A stretch of DNA of 63,816 nucleotides, the filler included, from Octopus bimaculoides (Eukaryota), in assembly GCF_001194135.2 (NCBI RefSeq). It is 7 parts of 6 records of this genome, joined end to end, with 100 filler letters (N's around TTAATTAATTAA, not from the genome) between each part and the next. Parts side by side here need not be neighbours in the genome. Positions count along the whole stretch, not along the records: positions 1 to 18,538 come from NC_068981.1; 6 more parts are not named here. One strand, 5' to 3'. A program made the translations under genes and the position numbers. This document shows positions 1 to 12,700 of the stretch, piece after piece (position 1 is the stretch's first letter; the number at the start of each line of letters is the position of its first letter). The notes beneath the pieces are model-generated. The model saw nothing but the letters and a program-made list of their open reading frames with translations, was not told the DNA's origin and did no database searches.

Positions 1-676
1 ATGTGAAAGCACGTGCTTGGATGTATAAAAGCTAAACAAAAGTGAAAAAAACTACAGAAAGCTTGTTATATGGTTAAAGTATATATTTAAATCATTAAGT
101 TAGAAAAATGTCATCAAATTTTGAGTATAGAAACATTGTTTTTGGAGAAATAACCGGCTTCGTATTTTCTTTTCAAATTTCTCTACCTGTATCGTGACGT
201 TTTCGCTACGGTGTAAAATATGGAGTTCTAGATAGGGGGAGGTAATTAGGGATTTTTTCCGGTATAAGGGAGATAATCAAAAATGTTGGGGATGATGGAT
301 TTTGATTAATTTAACATAACAGTGGTTATGTTTTGCTTTATATATATTTTTTCCCCCCATGAGGTAAGTTTCCTTATTTAAAAGTGTTAGCAATGGTTGA
401 GTTTTGGCTGATATTTTTCAATGAAGAAGGTTTCCTTATTTAATCTAATTTGTGTTGGCGTTTACAATAGCACATTGATAGAATGGAAAGATTATAAATT
501 GTGGTAGCATTTGTTTTGTGCATTTCTCAATATGTTCACTAAAGAGTATCATTCGAAAAGTAAGAGGTGTTATCTTAATTCACTGGTAGTGAACAGCTGA
601 CACCGCAGTATATCTCCAGCGTTAGAAGCTGAGCAAAACAATAATTATAATAATAATAATTATTATTATTATAACA

Positions 677-830
677 ATGCCCTGATGCAGTGGCTCTCAT
701 AGCTTCAGATCTTAACTGACTGGAAGTATTATCATGTACATTGTTTTGTCTTGTTATAAAAGATGTGTTACAGCAAACATTCTGCTCAACACCACAGATT
801 TGTGTGTCATTTGTTTGACCTTGATGTGTC
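677..830 (+). mobile_element. Truncated copy of the (AAT)n-flanked ~570-bp repeat
   Basis: ATGCCCTGATGCAG...GATCTTAACTGA.TGGAAG...CAGCAAA.ATTCTGC is shared with 4502-4660. Preceded by an AAT/ATT tract. Confidence 0.75.
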
Positions 831-1899
831 CATCCCTATATACTAGAATGTGGAAGAAGTTTGCTGCGGTACTCGTCTCAAAGAAAATCTCTCTTCATAG
901 ACTTTTTTTTGCAAAAACACATTGAGCTCATCAATATTACAGTAAGAAGTGCTCTACACTTTTGATGGAGTATATCGAGAAATTTTAATTAACTGAAATT
1001 ACACCACCACGGATGAGAAAGTTATTTTTTGTATAGCACCAGCTCAGTCTTGCTTCAGTAGACCAAGGATCAAAGATATTCAGCCAGAATCAACCTGTCT
1101 TCTTTATTCAGCCTTAGCGTTATATAGGACACTGTCTCATGTATCCCTCCTTGTAGCTGTCTAATTTTGGTCAGGTCAGAGCCAAATGACATAGGATCAC
1201 AGACATTACAGCTGAGATCTATATATTTTTTTTCTCAAACATAATATATATAAGACTACATGATTTTATGTGTTTTTTCCTTTGCTAAGATAGTAGGGTG
1301 TAGTTTGAAGGAGATTTAGCAGCTATTTCTAGCATATCGACAGACTGCATACAGATTCCCTCATTGGTTCAACAACTATTGCTATTTCGTCCAGTGGAAT
1401 GGAATATTGGTCAGTTGGTGTGGATTGTAGGTCAATTGTTGTAGGTTCAGTCAGTGGAAATCTTTACTCAGCTGGTTGATCCTTCCTTGATCAGTCGCTA
1501 TAGATTCTTGGGTAGTTAGCGTAGCTCTTTCTCAATAAGTGTGGACCCAGTAGTAATATATTCTGTCAACTTCAAAAATGTCTCAACAGTGTATACTGTT
1601 GGTCATTCTGGAACACCCTTCAGATTTATGGCATTGCCAACTGCTTTATCAAAATCTTTAACAAGACTCAAGTTCCTGTGTAAAAACAAAGTCAGGATAT
1701 ACTGAGTTCCTGTCAATCTTATCAGGAGAGCAACAAGGATGCATCCTACCCCCATTATTTTTCTTGATAATCTCGGACTATGTTCTAAAAATGTCCTTGG
1801 ATACTTGTGGACATGGCTTAAAATGGGAAAGAACGAAACTGGCAGATTTAGGCCTTGCTGATGGCTTAGGTCTTCTTGCCGTCATCAACTGCACAAAAA

Positions 1900-2600
1900 T
1901 GTGAACCATAACAAATGTCCTAACTGAACAGCTGAAAAGGTTGGCTTGAGAGTAAATATACTAAAAACAAAAACATGAAAAAGTTGCCTGCAGTGAAGCA
2001 CATGAAGTTCCATTCAATGGGGAAAAGATAGAAAAGGCTCAATGCTTCACATATCTTGGAAGCATTCAGACAGCAAATGGCAATGCTGAAACTGATGTAA
2101 AACAAAGAATAGCCAAGGATGCTGGAGCATTGAACAAACTCCAACTGTTATGGCAGTGAAAGGGGATCACATCACAAATCAAATTAAAGTAATTATGCTC
2201 ATCTGTAATCTCAGATAACAACTTATACCTCTGACACATGGAAAAGTACAGCCAGAATTGTAAAGCAGATTGATGCATTTCAACAAACATGCCTCTGAAA
2301 AATTCTGGGCATCAGATGGGAAGACAAGATCAGAAACAAGGAGGTTCTTTGAAGAGCCATTGCAGCTGGCACGGTATGTTCTACAAATGGAAGGACAACA
2401 TCCCAGTAAGAACAGCCATGACATGGTTACCAGCTGGTGGGAAGAGACTAAAGGGCAGGCTAAAGAAAATCAGGAGATCCACTTGACCTGCACAGATGTG
2501 GCACAAACTGGTTTCAAGTTCCAACCCTTGCTAAAAGACAGAGAAAGATGGAAGAACATAGATGCCCCATGCCATGAGGCTGAAAGAACCAGATAATCAG
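1900..2600 (+). mobile_element. RTE-clade LINE, degenerate 3' (RT/thumb) fragment
   Basis: Broken frames read VGLRVNILKTK, FTYLGSI...DVKQRIAK, KILGIRWEDKIRNKEVL and RWHG...TAMTWLPAGGKRLKGR, with many stops. Confidence 0.85.
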
Positions 2601-2771
2601 ATTGTGTTACATAATCTTGAAGGTGACTGTAATGAAATAATTTCTTCCAATTATGTAAATAGCAGCAAAAAATGAATAGAAAAACACATTTTTAAAGAGA
2701 ATCTTTTGTATAAATTACCACAGCCACTGTATCTATGGTGACTTAGAAAATTATACTTGGTTTTATTTTTA

Positions 2772-2867
2772 TTATAAAGGTTTATTTTGAAAGAAATTGT
2801 TTTCCACAATATAGTGGGTGCATTGCAGAATGATGTTTCTCTCATGGCGTATCTCTTTAGCCAATAA
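2772..2867 (-). CDS. NUFIP1: NUFIP1 terminal coding exon (LLAKEIRHERNIILQCTHYIVENNFFQNKPL*)
   Basis: Acceptor TTTCTTTTTCAG, phase 0, 32 codons including TAA. AATAAA motifs follow the stop. Conserved NUFIP1 C-terminal motif. Confidence 0.92.
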   Translation of the reverse strand, partial: LLAKEIRHERNIILQCTHYIVENNFFQNKPL

Positions 2868-3696
2868 CTGAAAAAGAAATAGAAATTCAATTCACTTAAT
2901 TATCATTGCATTTTCACAGATATGATAAAATACATGTAATAATAATGATAATAATACTGGCAGATGAAATGTGTTAATGGACCAGAATAACATCCTACTG
3001 GAAGAGCAAAATGGATGCAAACACAGATGTATAGGAACCAAAGATCAACTATAGATAGATACGACAGTGGGCTGAAAAGCTCAAAATTCATAGGTTGACT
3101 GTGAAGGAGTGATCCTAGAGGATGTGAAGCCTTGCATGCATTAATTTCAACTCTTTTTAATAACAGAATTGTTTCTTTTCAGGTAAACTGATGTCTCGTT
3201 CAAGGAAGACTTCAAAAGTAACTAGTAGCAACTCTTCTTGTAAATCAACAAAATCTAGCACTGTTATCAAGCACCTGCAGAAAAAGATTTTAGCCCACCA
3301 AAGACAAGAGTGCTACAATGGCAAACAATGAAACTACAATCTTTGGGTGAGAAAACAAAGAAACTACTGACAGTACATGGTGAGTTCCATCCAAAACGTG
3401 ATGTTGACAGGCTACACCATACAAGAAAGCAGACCAGGGATTGATAAGTTGTGAGAATTATATTCAGAGAGAAGAAAACAATATTGCTATGTATACAAAG
3501 AACACAAAGGAAGTATTACTTGTACAAGTGAGGAAAGTCATCTATTACATATAGAAAGTAGTTAGGACAGTGAATTACAAAATAAAGACAGAAATGAAGA
3601 GGGAAAAAGAACTGGAAGGATAAGAAAATGCAGTTAGTGCTTGTGAGAAATACCAAAGGACACAGACCCAGATAAAAGATGGTTGTGGTTACATCT

Positions 3697-3742
<46 letters not shown>

Positions 3743-6700
3743 AAAACAGAGGCCTTGATATGTGCAACACAAGAACAAGCACTAAGAACAGACTACATCA
3801 AGCAAAAAAATTGACCAATCAGCAGAACCTGACAAATGCAGCAAATTGCCCCAGAGAGAGTACAAAGGAAAGCATGACAATGTCTCCAGAATGGTCCATT
3901 GGGAGCTATGTAACAGGTTTGAAAAGAGTGAGAGAATGGTATGGGCATTAGCCAAAGTACATGGCAGAAAGTCACAGAGTTAAGATCCTTTCAGACTTCA
4001 TGATCCAATGGGATCACAGAATCAAACATTGGAAGCCAATATTGTAGTGGTAGACAAAGAAAAAAGTCATGCCTGATCACAAACACTGCTTGCCTTGGTG
4101 ACAGCAGAATCATGGAAAAGAAAGAGAAAAACTAATGCAAATATGAAGCTCTGAGGAGAGAAATCAAAAAGCTGTATATTGGTGCCCTTAATACAATGAA
4201 GAAAGGAAGAAAAATTGTTGGAAATTATAGGAATAAAAATGAAAATACAGCATATCCAGAAAACAGCATTACTTGGCATTGCAAGGAATCTCCAGAAAGT
4301 TCTCTAGACTTGGAAAGAAAGTACTACCTTAGTCTACAGGAAATAAACACCTGGTATATTAATGATAATAATAATCCTTTCAACTATAGGCACAAGGCCT
4401 AAAACTTGAACTCAGAATGTAACAGCAGACAAAATACTGCTAAGCATTTTGCATAGCGTGCTATCGATTCTGCCAGCTCACTGCCTTAATGATAATAATA
4501 AATGCCCAGATGCAATACCAGGCACTGGTTATGCCCTGATGCAATACCAAGAATTGGCTTTCATGGCTTCTGATCTTAACTGATTGGAAGTGCTATCATG
4601 TATATGTTTTGTCTTGATATAAAAAGATGAGCTACAGCAAATATTCTGCCCAATACCAGTTGCCTGGCCTTAACTAGTTAAGCATGTCCCTTAGTAGCTG
4701 ACAATATGTGCATCTCTGATCATGAGCAGAAGTAGTGGGGGAGCATCATAACCACATGTTGAGAGGAATTCTTTGAGGTTTGAATAATTCACCTCTGAAG
4801 CATGGGTGCTTCATTCAACATCCTTAAACAACCCTTATTCAGTGACCTTTTGAATGGGATGGGCTATTCAACCTGAAGAAAATTCTAACTGGGCCCCATT
4901 TGCAAGGCCATGTACTGTTTATCTTGATATGAGATCATCATGTTGTGTACATATGGTTGTGATGCATGTGCCTGGTGTACCCTTATCAGACAGGTAGTCA
5001 AAATAGGTATACTGGGCTTCATATATTTTACCCCAGTGTCACTTTGATGGCATGCACTGCTCTCTCATTCAATAATAATAATAATAATATAATAATACCC
5101 AACAGTAAGAAAATCAAGGATGTTGAGACTCATGGATAAAAGTATCTGGCTATTTTGGAGTATGATAAAATTAAAGAAAATGAAATGAAGGAAAGCTTTA
5201 GACAAGAATATCTCAGAAGAACCAACTTAATTATGGGAAATAGACTCAATGAAAACAACAACATCAGGGCAAGAACACTTGGGCTATTTCCTTAATGCAA
5301 TATGGCACAGATGTTGTTCAATGGACAAGAACAAGCTTGAGAAAATGGATAGAAAAATCAGGAAAGTGATGACAATTAACAAGGTACTGCACTCAAAAAG
5401 TGATAGTGATAGACAGTAAGTGCCTAGTTTCAAGGGAGGAAAAGGCCTCATAGGATACAATACTGTGTTGCCAATGAGAAGAACAGTCTGGAATGGTAGA
5501 TCAAACTGTAAAGTGAGTCCTTGCTTGCAACTTTTAGAAATCATAACATGATGCCTACTGAAAATGTGATGCACCCAAAAACATTTAAGAAACAAAATGA
5601 ACAAAAAATAAATTGGAAAATGAAAACAATGCATGGGCAATACTTCAGAGAAATTGAAGACAAGATCAACAACTGGAGATGGCTAAGAAAAAGTTATCTG
5701 AAAGGATGCACTAAGGCACTGATACACAGAACCCTGGAACAAGCCCTAAGAATTAATTACACCAAGTTCCAAATAGATAAGAGCAGTGAATTGCCCCTCT
5801 ATAGGATATGTGGCAGCAAAAACGAAACAATCTCACATATTGTGAGTAAGTGTAGCAAGCTGGCCCAAAAGCACTACAAAAGGAGGCACGATAACATGGT
5901 TAAGTTTGTTCACTGGAAACTGTGAAAAGTATGGTCTGGGCAGAGCACGGAATGGGTATAAACATGAACCAGAGGGCGTTGCTGAGAACAATGAATCCTG
6001 TGAGGTTTTACAATCCAATGTGACTCTCTAATTGATGCTCAGAGAGCAGACATTGTGATAGATAAAAGAAAAATAAAGGAAACCAAGATCATAGATATTG
6101 TCATACCTGGGAATGCATGCATAGATGACAAAGAAAAAAATGGAGAAATATAGATTACTAAGAGACGAAATTGCAAGAATGTGGGCAATGAAGAAAGTAA
6201 CTGTCATCCCAGTAGCTGTAGGGGCACTCGGAGCACTAACAACCAGTTCAAGAAATATGTTGGAGAAATTGGAATTGACATGAAGGCAGAGCAGGCCCAA
6301 AAACTGCTTTATTGGAGGCAGCTAGGATTTTAAGATTATTGCTTGAATGTTGAGTGTGTTCCAACAATAAGTTAATATCCAAGTACGAGAGATTATAATT
6401 TGCAGAAAGAGATCCTGTGAAACCTTTGACAACAGGTTGCTGTCTGCTACCACAAAATCAACCAGAGCATAAGCTGAAGTTGAACTATAACCAAAATAGA
6501 TACATCACAATGTAAAGCAAATGATAAATACAGAGTTAAGTTACCCCTCTTATCCCTATTAGGTAAAACAAACAACTGACCCTCATAAGTGTTGAAATAA
6601 AAATGAAAAACCCTAAAATAAACTCAGCATGGCAAACACTTTATACAAAGATGGCTCATTAAGTGTATCTTTTACGTATGGCTGTATATATATTACAACT

Positions 6701-9700
6701 TAACAGTAAAACAGCTTAGTTTACCTTTTCTAGCAGAGTTGGCCGAATTCGAAGGAATACTCTACTTTCCCATGGTGGCTTTGGAAATTCTGGTAATTTT
6801 AACAGTTTAGCATGTTTCTTCTTTAGAGGCACATTATTTTCTGCTAAAGAAATAAATATACAAATAGATAAAAATTGTATAAGCAAACTTAGCTAAAACA
6901 GGAGAAATTTGATACAGAATTATTAAATAAAATCTCAATTTAAAAATGATCCCCAAATTATGAATATTCTATTTTCTTAAGATAATTTTTTGAGACTACC
7001 TCAAATTTAAATATAAAGAAAATTTTAACACATACACTACTTATTGGTTGGTTTGATCTGATTGTAGTGTATGCATAAGAAGCAATAAATAAACTCATGA
7101 AATTAAAAAAACTCAACTCACTGAATATAACTCAACTAAATATCTTCATCGCCTTAAATGAACAGAGCAATAGAGACTGATAGTATCTCAGATACTGTTG
7201 TAATATAGTGCATATGAATCATTAATTCTAAGAATGGAAGGAATGACAAGATGATGTTTGTTGAAGAAACAAGGTAAACTAGCTGGTACAACATTTACCA
7301 TGAAGCCACAACTGACCCGATTCAAACACAAAATCTCATTAATGCATGTGTTATAAATGACACACATAGACTTGTATGTCATCAAATGTGTAGCAATTCC
7401 TTCATCACAACAGGAAACATTAAAAAAAAAAATGCTGTTTCTAAAACCATGTACAATCAGAATTTCATTTTGTAATCACTTTGGCTCACTAGATATACAA
7501 AAAAACATTACAAATCTGGTCCACTTCTAAAACAGGTTTGCCAACCCCTAGATAAGAGCATTACCAATTTTAGGAATAAGATACCTGGTTATGATCAGAG
7601 AGTAAAGAGATCTGACTGATGTAAATATTCAAACATCTTTATCTCTAAAGTCTCAAAAATTATAATCTCATTAAGAAGTTATGTGACAAGAACTGATCTA
7701 ATTTCTTTTTTAACCTTAGTTTTGAAATCAATGTACAAAAACAAAAATATTTGACAAGAGATGAGAAAAAACATTTGTGTAGTGATACGTAACACTAAAA
7801 CAAATTTCACCATATTAGTGTATATTTTATTGATTGACTGCAGAAGAAAAGAATGACAAAATCAACTTCTGAAGGACCTGAACTCAGAATGTAGAAGTAT
7901 GGAGTTGAACACCATTTTCATAAGGTAGCAACTTAAACATATCAAACATGTTATTGAGTAGCTTAGGTCATTCTTCTTGATATTAGCTAATCTACCTCAC
8001 AAATAGTTACTTTTTAAATTTAAAAACCCATTGTCGGACTTGTGATTTCAACTTAGTTCACAATACAAATCTATGCCCCAGATGCAGCCAGTTGTTCACC
8101 TAGGAGCAATATCTTAGATAATCAGGGAGCTTCTATCAGCATTTCTCAAATAGGATATTCCCAGAATCCTAGCATGCTGTGAGGGGTTTCAAAGGAAATA
8201 GTAATGGTGATGATGGCAGTGGATTTTCCAACTGAATTAAAGAATTATATTCCCATTGATTTTTCAAATTGCTGATGCTATCTGTTGGTTGCAACTCCTG
8301 ACAAAAGTGTCACTTTTTTTCACTGACAGAGCAGGATTTGAATTCAGACTGCATGGAGCTGGAACTCATCCAAATCTCTAATAATTCCACCAAATCATCA
8401 CCTTAGACTGGGTACTATTTTTTCATCAACACTGAAAGGATGAAAGGCAAAGACAGCCTCAGCAGGATTTGAATGCGAAGCACAAAACATTGTAACAAAT
8501 ACCACTAACCTAAATGACTTCAGAGGTTAATTATATGCAAATGCATTTCTCAATAATTTTTCTGCTTAATTTTATATTTTATAACTGTAATTGTATTATA
8601 AATACACAGTATATTTTCTAAAGTAGGGAAATCCTATCATGAAAAATTACTTCTTAATAAGTAACTGTAGGGAAATTTAGATTTAAATAAGATCTTGGTT
8701 AAGACAAAATTTCTTAATCCTTTTGTTACCATATTTCTGTTGAAATACACTGCCTTTGTTTCAATTTTGAAAATAATAAAAAAAATTGATTTAAATAATT
8801 TTGACAGTATTAAGCTGGGGTTTGGAACATAAATTAGCATGAAATTTTGATGAAAGGTTTTAATTTAGATCACTTTAAAAGGAAAGTTTGTATCATAGAA
8901 CCAAGGACAGTTTTAGATGGGTTGGTATCTAAAGGGTTAAATTTTAGTGGCATCTAAAGCATTATTAATATTTATTTTTGTGAATATAGATATTTTTTTT
9001 TCCTTGTGTGAATGAAAACCTTTTTATGAGGTTTCTTGAACAAGCAAAAAAGAGATTCCAATATCCAACTGTTCAAAATACCACTTCTACTTACCATCCT
9101 GTTCTGGATTGTCAGAATTATAGTTGTTCACAAGAAGATCCAAACTAGAGGAATGTTGATCAGATGCTAGAAGAAAAAGAATTTTAAAGTCAGAGATTAA
9201 ATATTGGTAACATTATTAAGGTTGAATAATGACAATATTTTTCTTTCTAATTTAGCATATTTAATTTGGCTGGTATTTTAAAAATTTATTTTCATTGAAT
9301 GCCATGCCTTTTGCCTACCAGTAGAACTAAATGTATTTATTGTGATACCAACACTAGAAAATGTTGGTGCCACAAAAATACACCTTCAAAGTTAAAAATC
9401 TTCTCAATCTTCTAACAGATCTGTCCACAAAAGCAAGCACTCTGAAATATACCACATTCACTACATTCATCCCTCATGTGCACATATAAAAATAAATTGT
9501 CTTCATATTATATAGCGTTTCTCCTAAAGATTCTTTTAGACATAATTTACAAAAGATGTATGAAGAGAAGGAAGCAAAATTGTGAACAATGCAAAAATTT
9601 ACATTTTCCTTCTTTAAACTGAAGGACATGCTACAGTAAAAAGTATGTAGTATATACAAAGGAGTGGCCAAACATTAGGAAACACCCATCAAGTCCTGCA

Positions 9701-12700
9701 TATTACACATCCTAAAGATGGTTTTAGGGTCATGCAGCACATTCTTTTGTGTAGGGTTTGTCAGTATGACAGTTCTAGCCTAAGTAGCAAGTCTTTAATT
9801 CAGTCTGTTCGTAGATACCAAAGCCAATCCAAAGTAGAGCTCGGTACAGTCTTCAGACTTATCAGCTCTTGTCAGACCATCCAACCCAAGCCAGCATGGA
9901 AGGCAGACATTAAATTATGATGACCATGATGACAATGGGGGCTGAAAACAATGGATATAGTTACCTTGTAGGAGCTTTGATTTCTCATACATTTCTTGAG
10001 CTAATCTTGCTAAAATCTGTATGTTCTTTCATTGATAATGTTCTATGGTGTGAAGTGTAATAAACAGCTAGGAATCTAATGACAAATGTTATTAAATAAC
10101 TCCCATAAGGCAATCTGAGAAACATTTGTGATGTCTGTGTTGAATATGATTAAAAAGCCAACTCCAATAGGCTAAAATTGTGCCTCTAGATATCATTGCT
10201 ATACTGTGCAAATTATATTTTTAATTTTCATTATCTAATCAATCAAAAAAGTACTTTTAAACTTAAAGGTACCTTAGGAATACTTGTGACTCAACTAAGT
10301 TCACAACAATATAAAATTCTAGACAATTCATTTTTCTACTATATGCAGTATTACTTCTGCAATTTAACAGAACACACCATATAATACAGATCAAGTTCTC
10401 ATAGGTCCCAATTTACATTGACATAGCTTTGTTAGCTCATTTTTCTTTAATTGTTTACATCTATTTTGCAATAGAAGACTATATGGGAATGGTCTTTACT
10501 TTGTTGCTCAAGTTAAAATATTTGTAATTTGTAGTACAGTTGAATGCAGTGGTGGGATTATTACAGTTAAATGCAGCAATGGACTATGTGGCAATGGCAT
10601 ACTCCTAACTGAGAAATGAGAGGATAAGGTGATTGAGGTAGTCAGAGTGTGCAATAGGTTACTTAAGTTTAGACTAGTCTTGCAAAATAGTACAACAACA
10701 ATTTTCTGAACCTATGCCCCTTAACCGGGTCTACCAAATGAGCAAAAGGATCGTTTTTATATTCTTTTGCAGATTACCTCAAAGACAAATGATGGCTGCA
10801 AAGTTGGTTTCCATGAGGAGGGATAAGGTTAATGGAGTTCTGTGATGCAAATAACCTAATGATCTACAACACTAACTTCAGGAAGCCTGCCAATCACCTG
10901 GTAACTAATCAATCTGGTGACCATGCTAGCCAGATTGACTACATTCTCACCAGAAAACAAAATACATTGTTGTTCATAAATGCAAAAACCTTTCCCTGGA
11001 GAAGAATGTACCCCTCACCTTAAAGGGTTAAAACAATAAGGTATGATTTGAGGGAGAGTTGGCTGCAATGTAGGGGTTATCTCACTACCTTGAGAACATG
11101 GAATATTGAAATGAGGTGATGTTCCTGCTAATCCAAAAAGAAAGAAGAAATTAAGCGGTATTAGGTGAAGTGAATATCTAGAATAGGAATCAAAACTAGT
11201 TCATATATTGTGCTCACTATCAGCTTATATACTATTCTAAGGCATTTGTCACTTCATATTTTTATTCAAGATAAAATATCACTAAAAATATCTACTAAAT
11301 AAATTACAATTTGTTCTTTACAATTAATTAGATTTTACCATCAAGCATCTTACCATTTTTTAAATTTGAGGTATCATTGTCTACAGTCTTGTCACTAGAA
11401 TGATAACTTTGATTCTAAATGAACAAAATATAAAAAAATATTCATATTAAATACGATATAACACAAGCATAATTTATAAAAACACATTTAGCATTTTTCA
11501 TAAGAAATTTCAGTCTGTAGAAGCAAACAACTTTGATTTTCAATGGTTTCCTTGCAATTAGATTTATCATAATTCTTTCTGGTTTAAAATTACAATTGAT
11601 AAACTTAATCATAAAAAAATGTTCAGAATTCAAATCCAGCTGGATTTGATTTTATATTTCATTCTAACAAAATTTTATATTTAATTCTAACAATATTTCC
11701 TTCAATCCTTTGAGCATAAACAGAACAATGACTGGACATGATTTCATAGAAGATTGCAAACCAACAATGCCACCTGTATGATGGTGATACCTTTTACAAC
11801 TAGCACATGACATCAAGTCAAAGAGACATGAACGCATACATGACAGACTCCTGTCAGTTTCTGTTTATGCTTATAAGAGCAAAAGGTTTAAATATTTAAT
11901 AGCTTCCTATTGTTAAAACAAAATTATATCAGAATGCATTGCTTTATATCACCTTAAAGTTTTACTGGGATTTAATCTTTTGACTAGCCATGCTAGGGCA
12001 TTACTTTCTGGGCTTTTAAACAATTATATTGTCCCTACTCTAATACTTACATAAACAACCTCAGGCTAGTTTCACCCATGAGGCCTAGGTGAACGCATGG
12101 GTATGGTACAAGACACTTGGCTAAGATTTGCACTCTGATTAAACCTCGATCCATGTGATTGTGAAACCAATTTCTTAATCTAACAGCCATGAATGATTTA
12201 AGATATTGTAAATAATTTTAGCAGGAAGATATGAAAAACCATTTAAAATAGCATCTTTCAAAATCTACTGAAATTCTGTCCAACAATACCACTTCACTAA
12301 GTGACACTGTTGTGTAACAAAATTTCAATAAGATTTAAATCAATAAATGTTCATGCACAGTAGTAACATAATGATAAAATGAAAACCTTTCTAAAACGTC
12401 TTTTCAAATGTTTAGTCTGGCTATAACGATGTTTTCCTCTAGGCATACCAGGTCTATGGTGAAAGGACCTTAAAAGAAATTCATTATTGTTAGAATTACA
12501 AGCAACAAACAAAATAAATTTTCATATTACTAAAATGTTTTATATTATTCCGTTTTGGGATTTGGTTTGCAAGATTTTTTATGTGATTTCGTGTGTTGAA
12601 GCATATTCCGTTGTGTCTGGGGAGAGTCATTTTCTTTTCGTGCCTTAAAATTTAACACACTCACCGTTAAAATTTCCACTTATTATTTTTATATTCCTGA

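Noticed and set aside
180-250. Possible promoter or first exon (TGACGT, ATG...AG|GTAATT)
   Set aside because: The ATG frame stops after three codons and no downstream plus-strand exons were found.
3679-3951. Poly-lysine ORF
   Set aside because: Produced by the A43 tract within an R4 pseudogene.
7188-7385. 65-aa minus-strand ORF in a NUFIP1 intron
   Set aside because: No usable splice sites or recognisable motif, and it does not fit the NUFIP1 frame. Treated instead as an ncRNA candidate.
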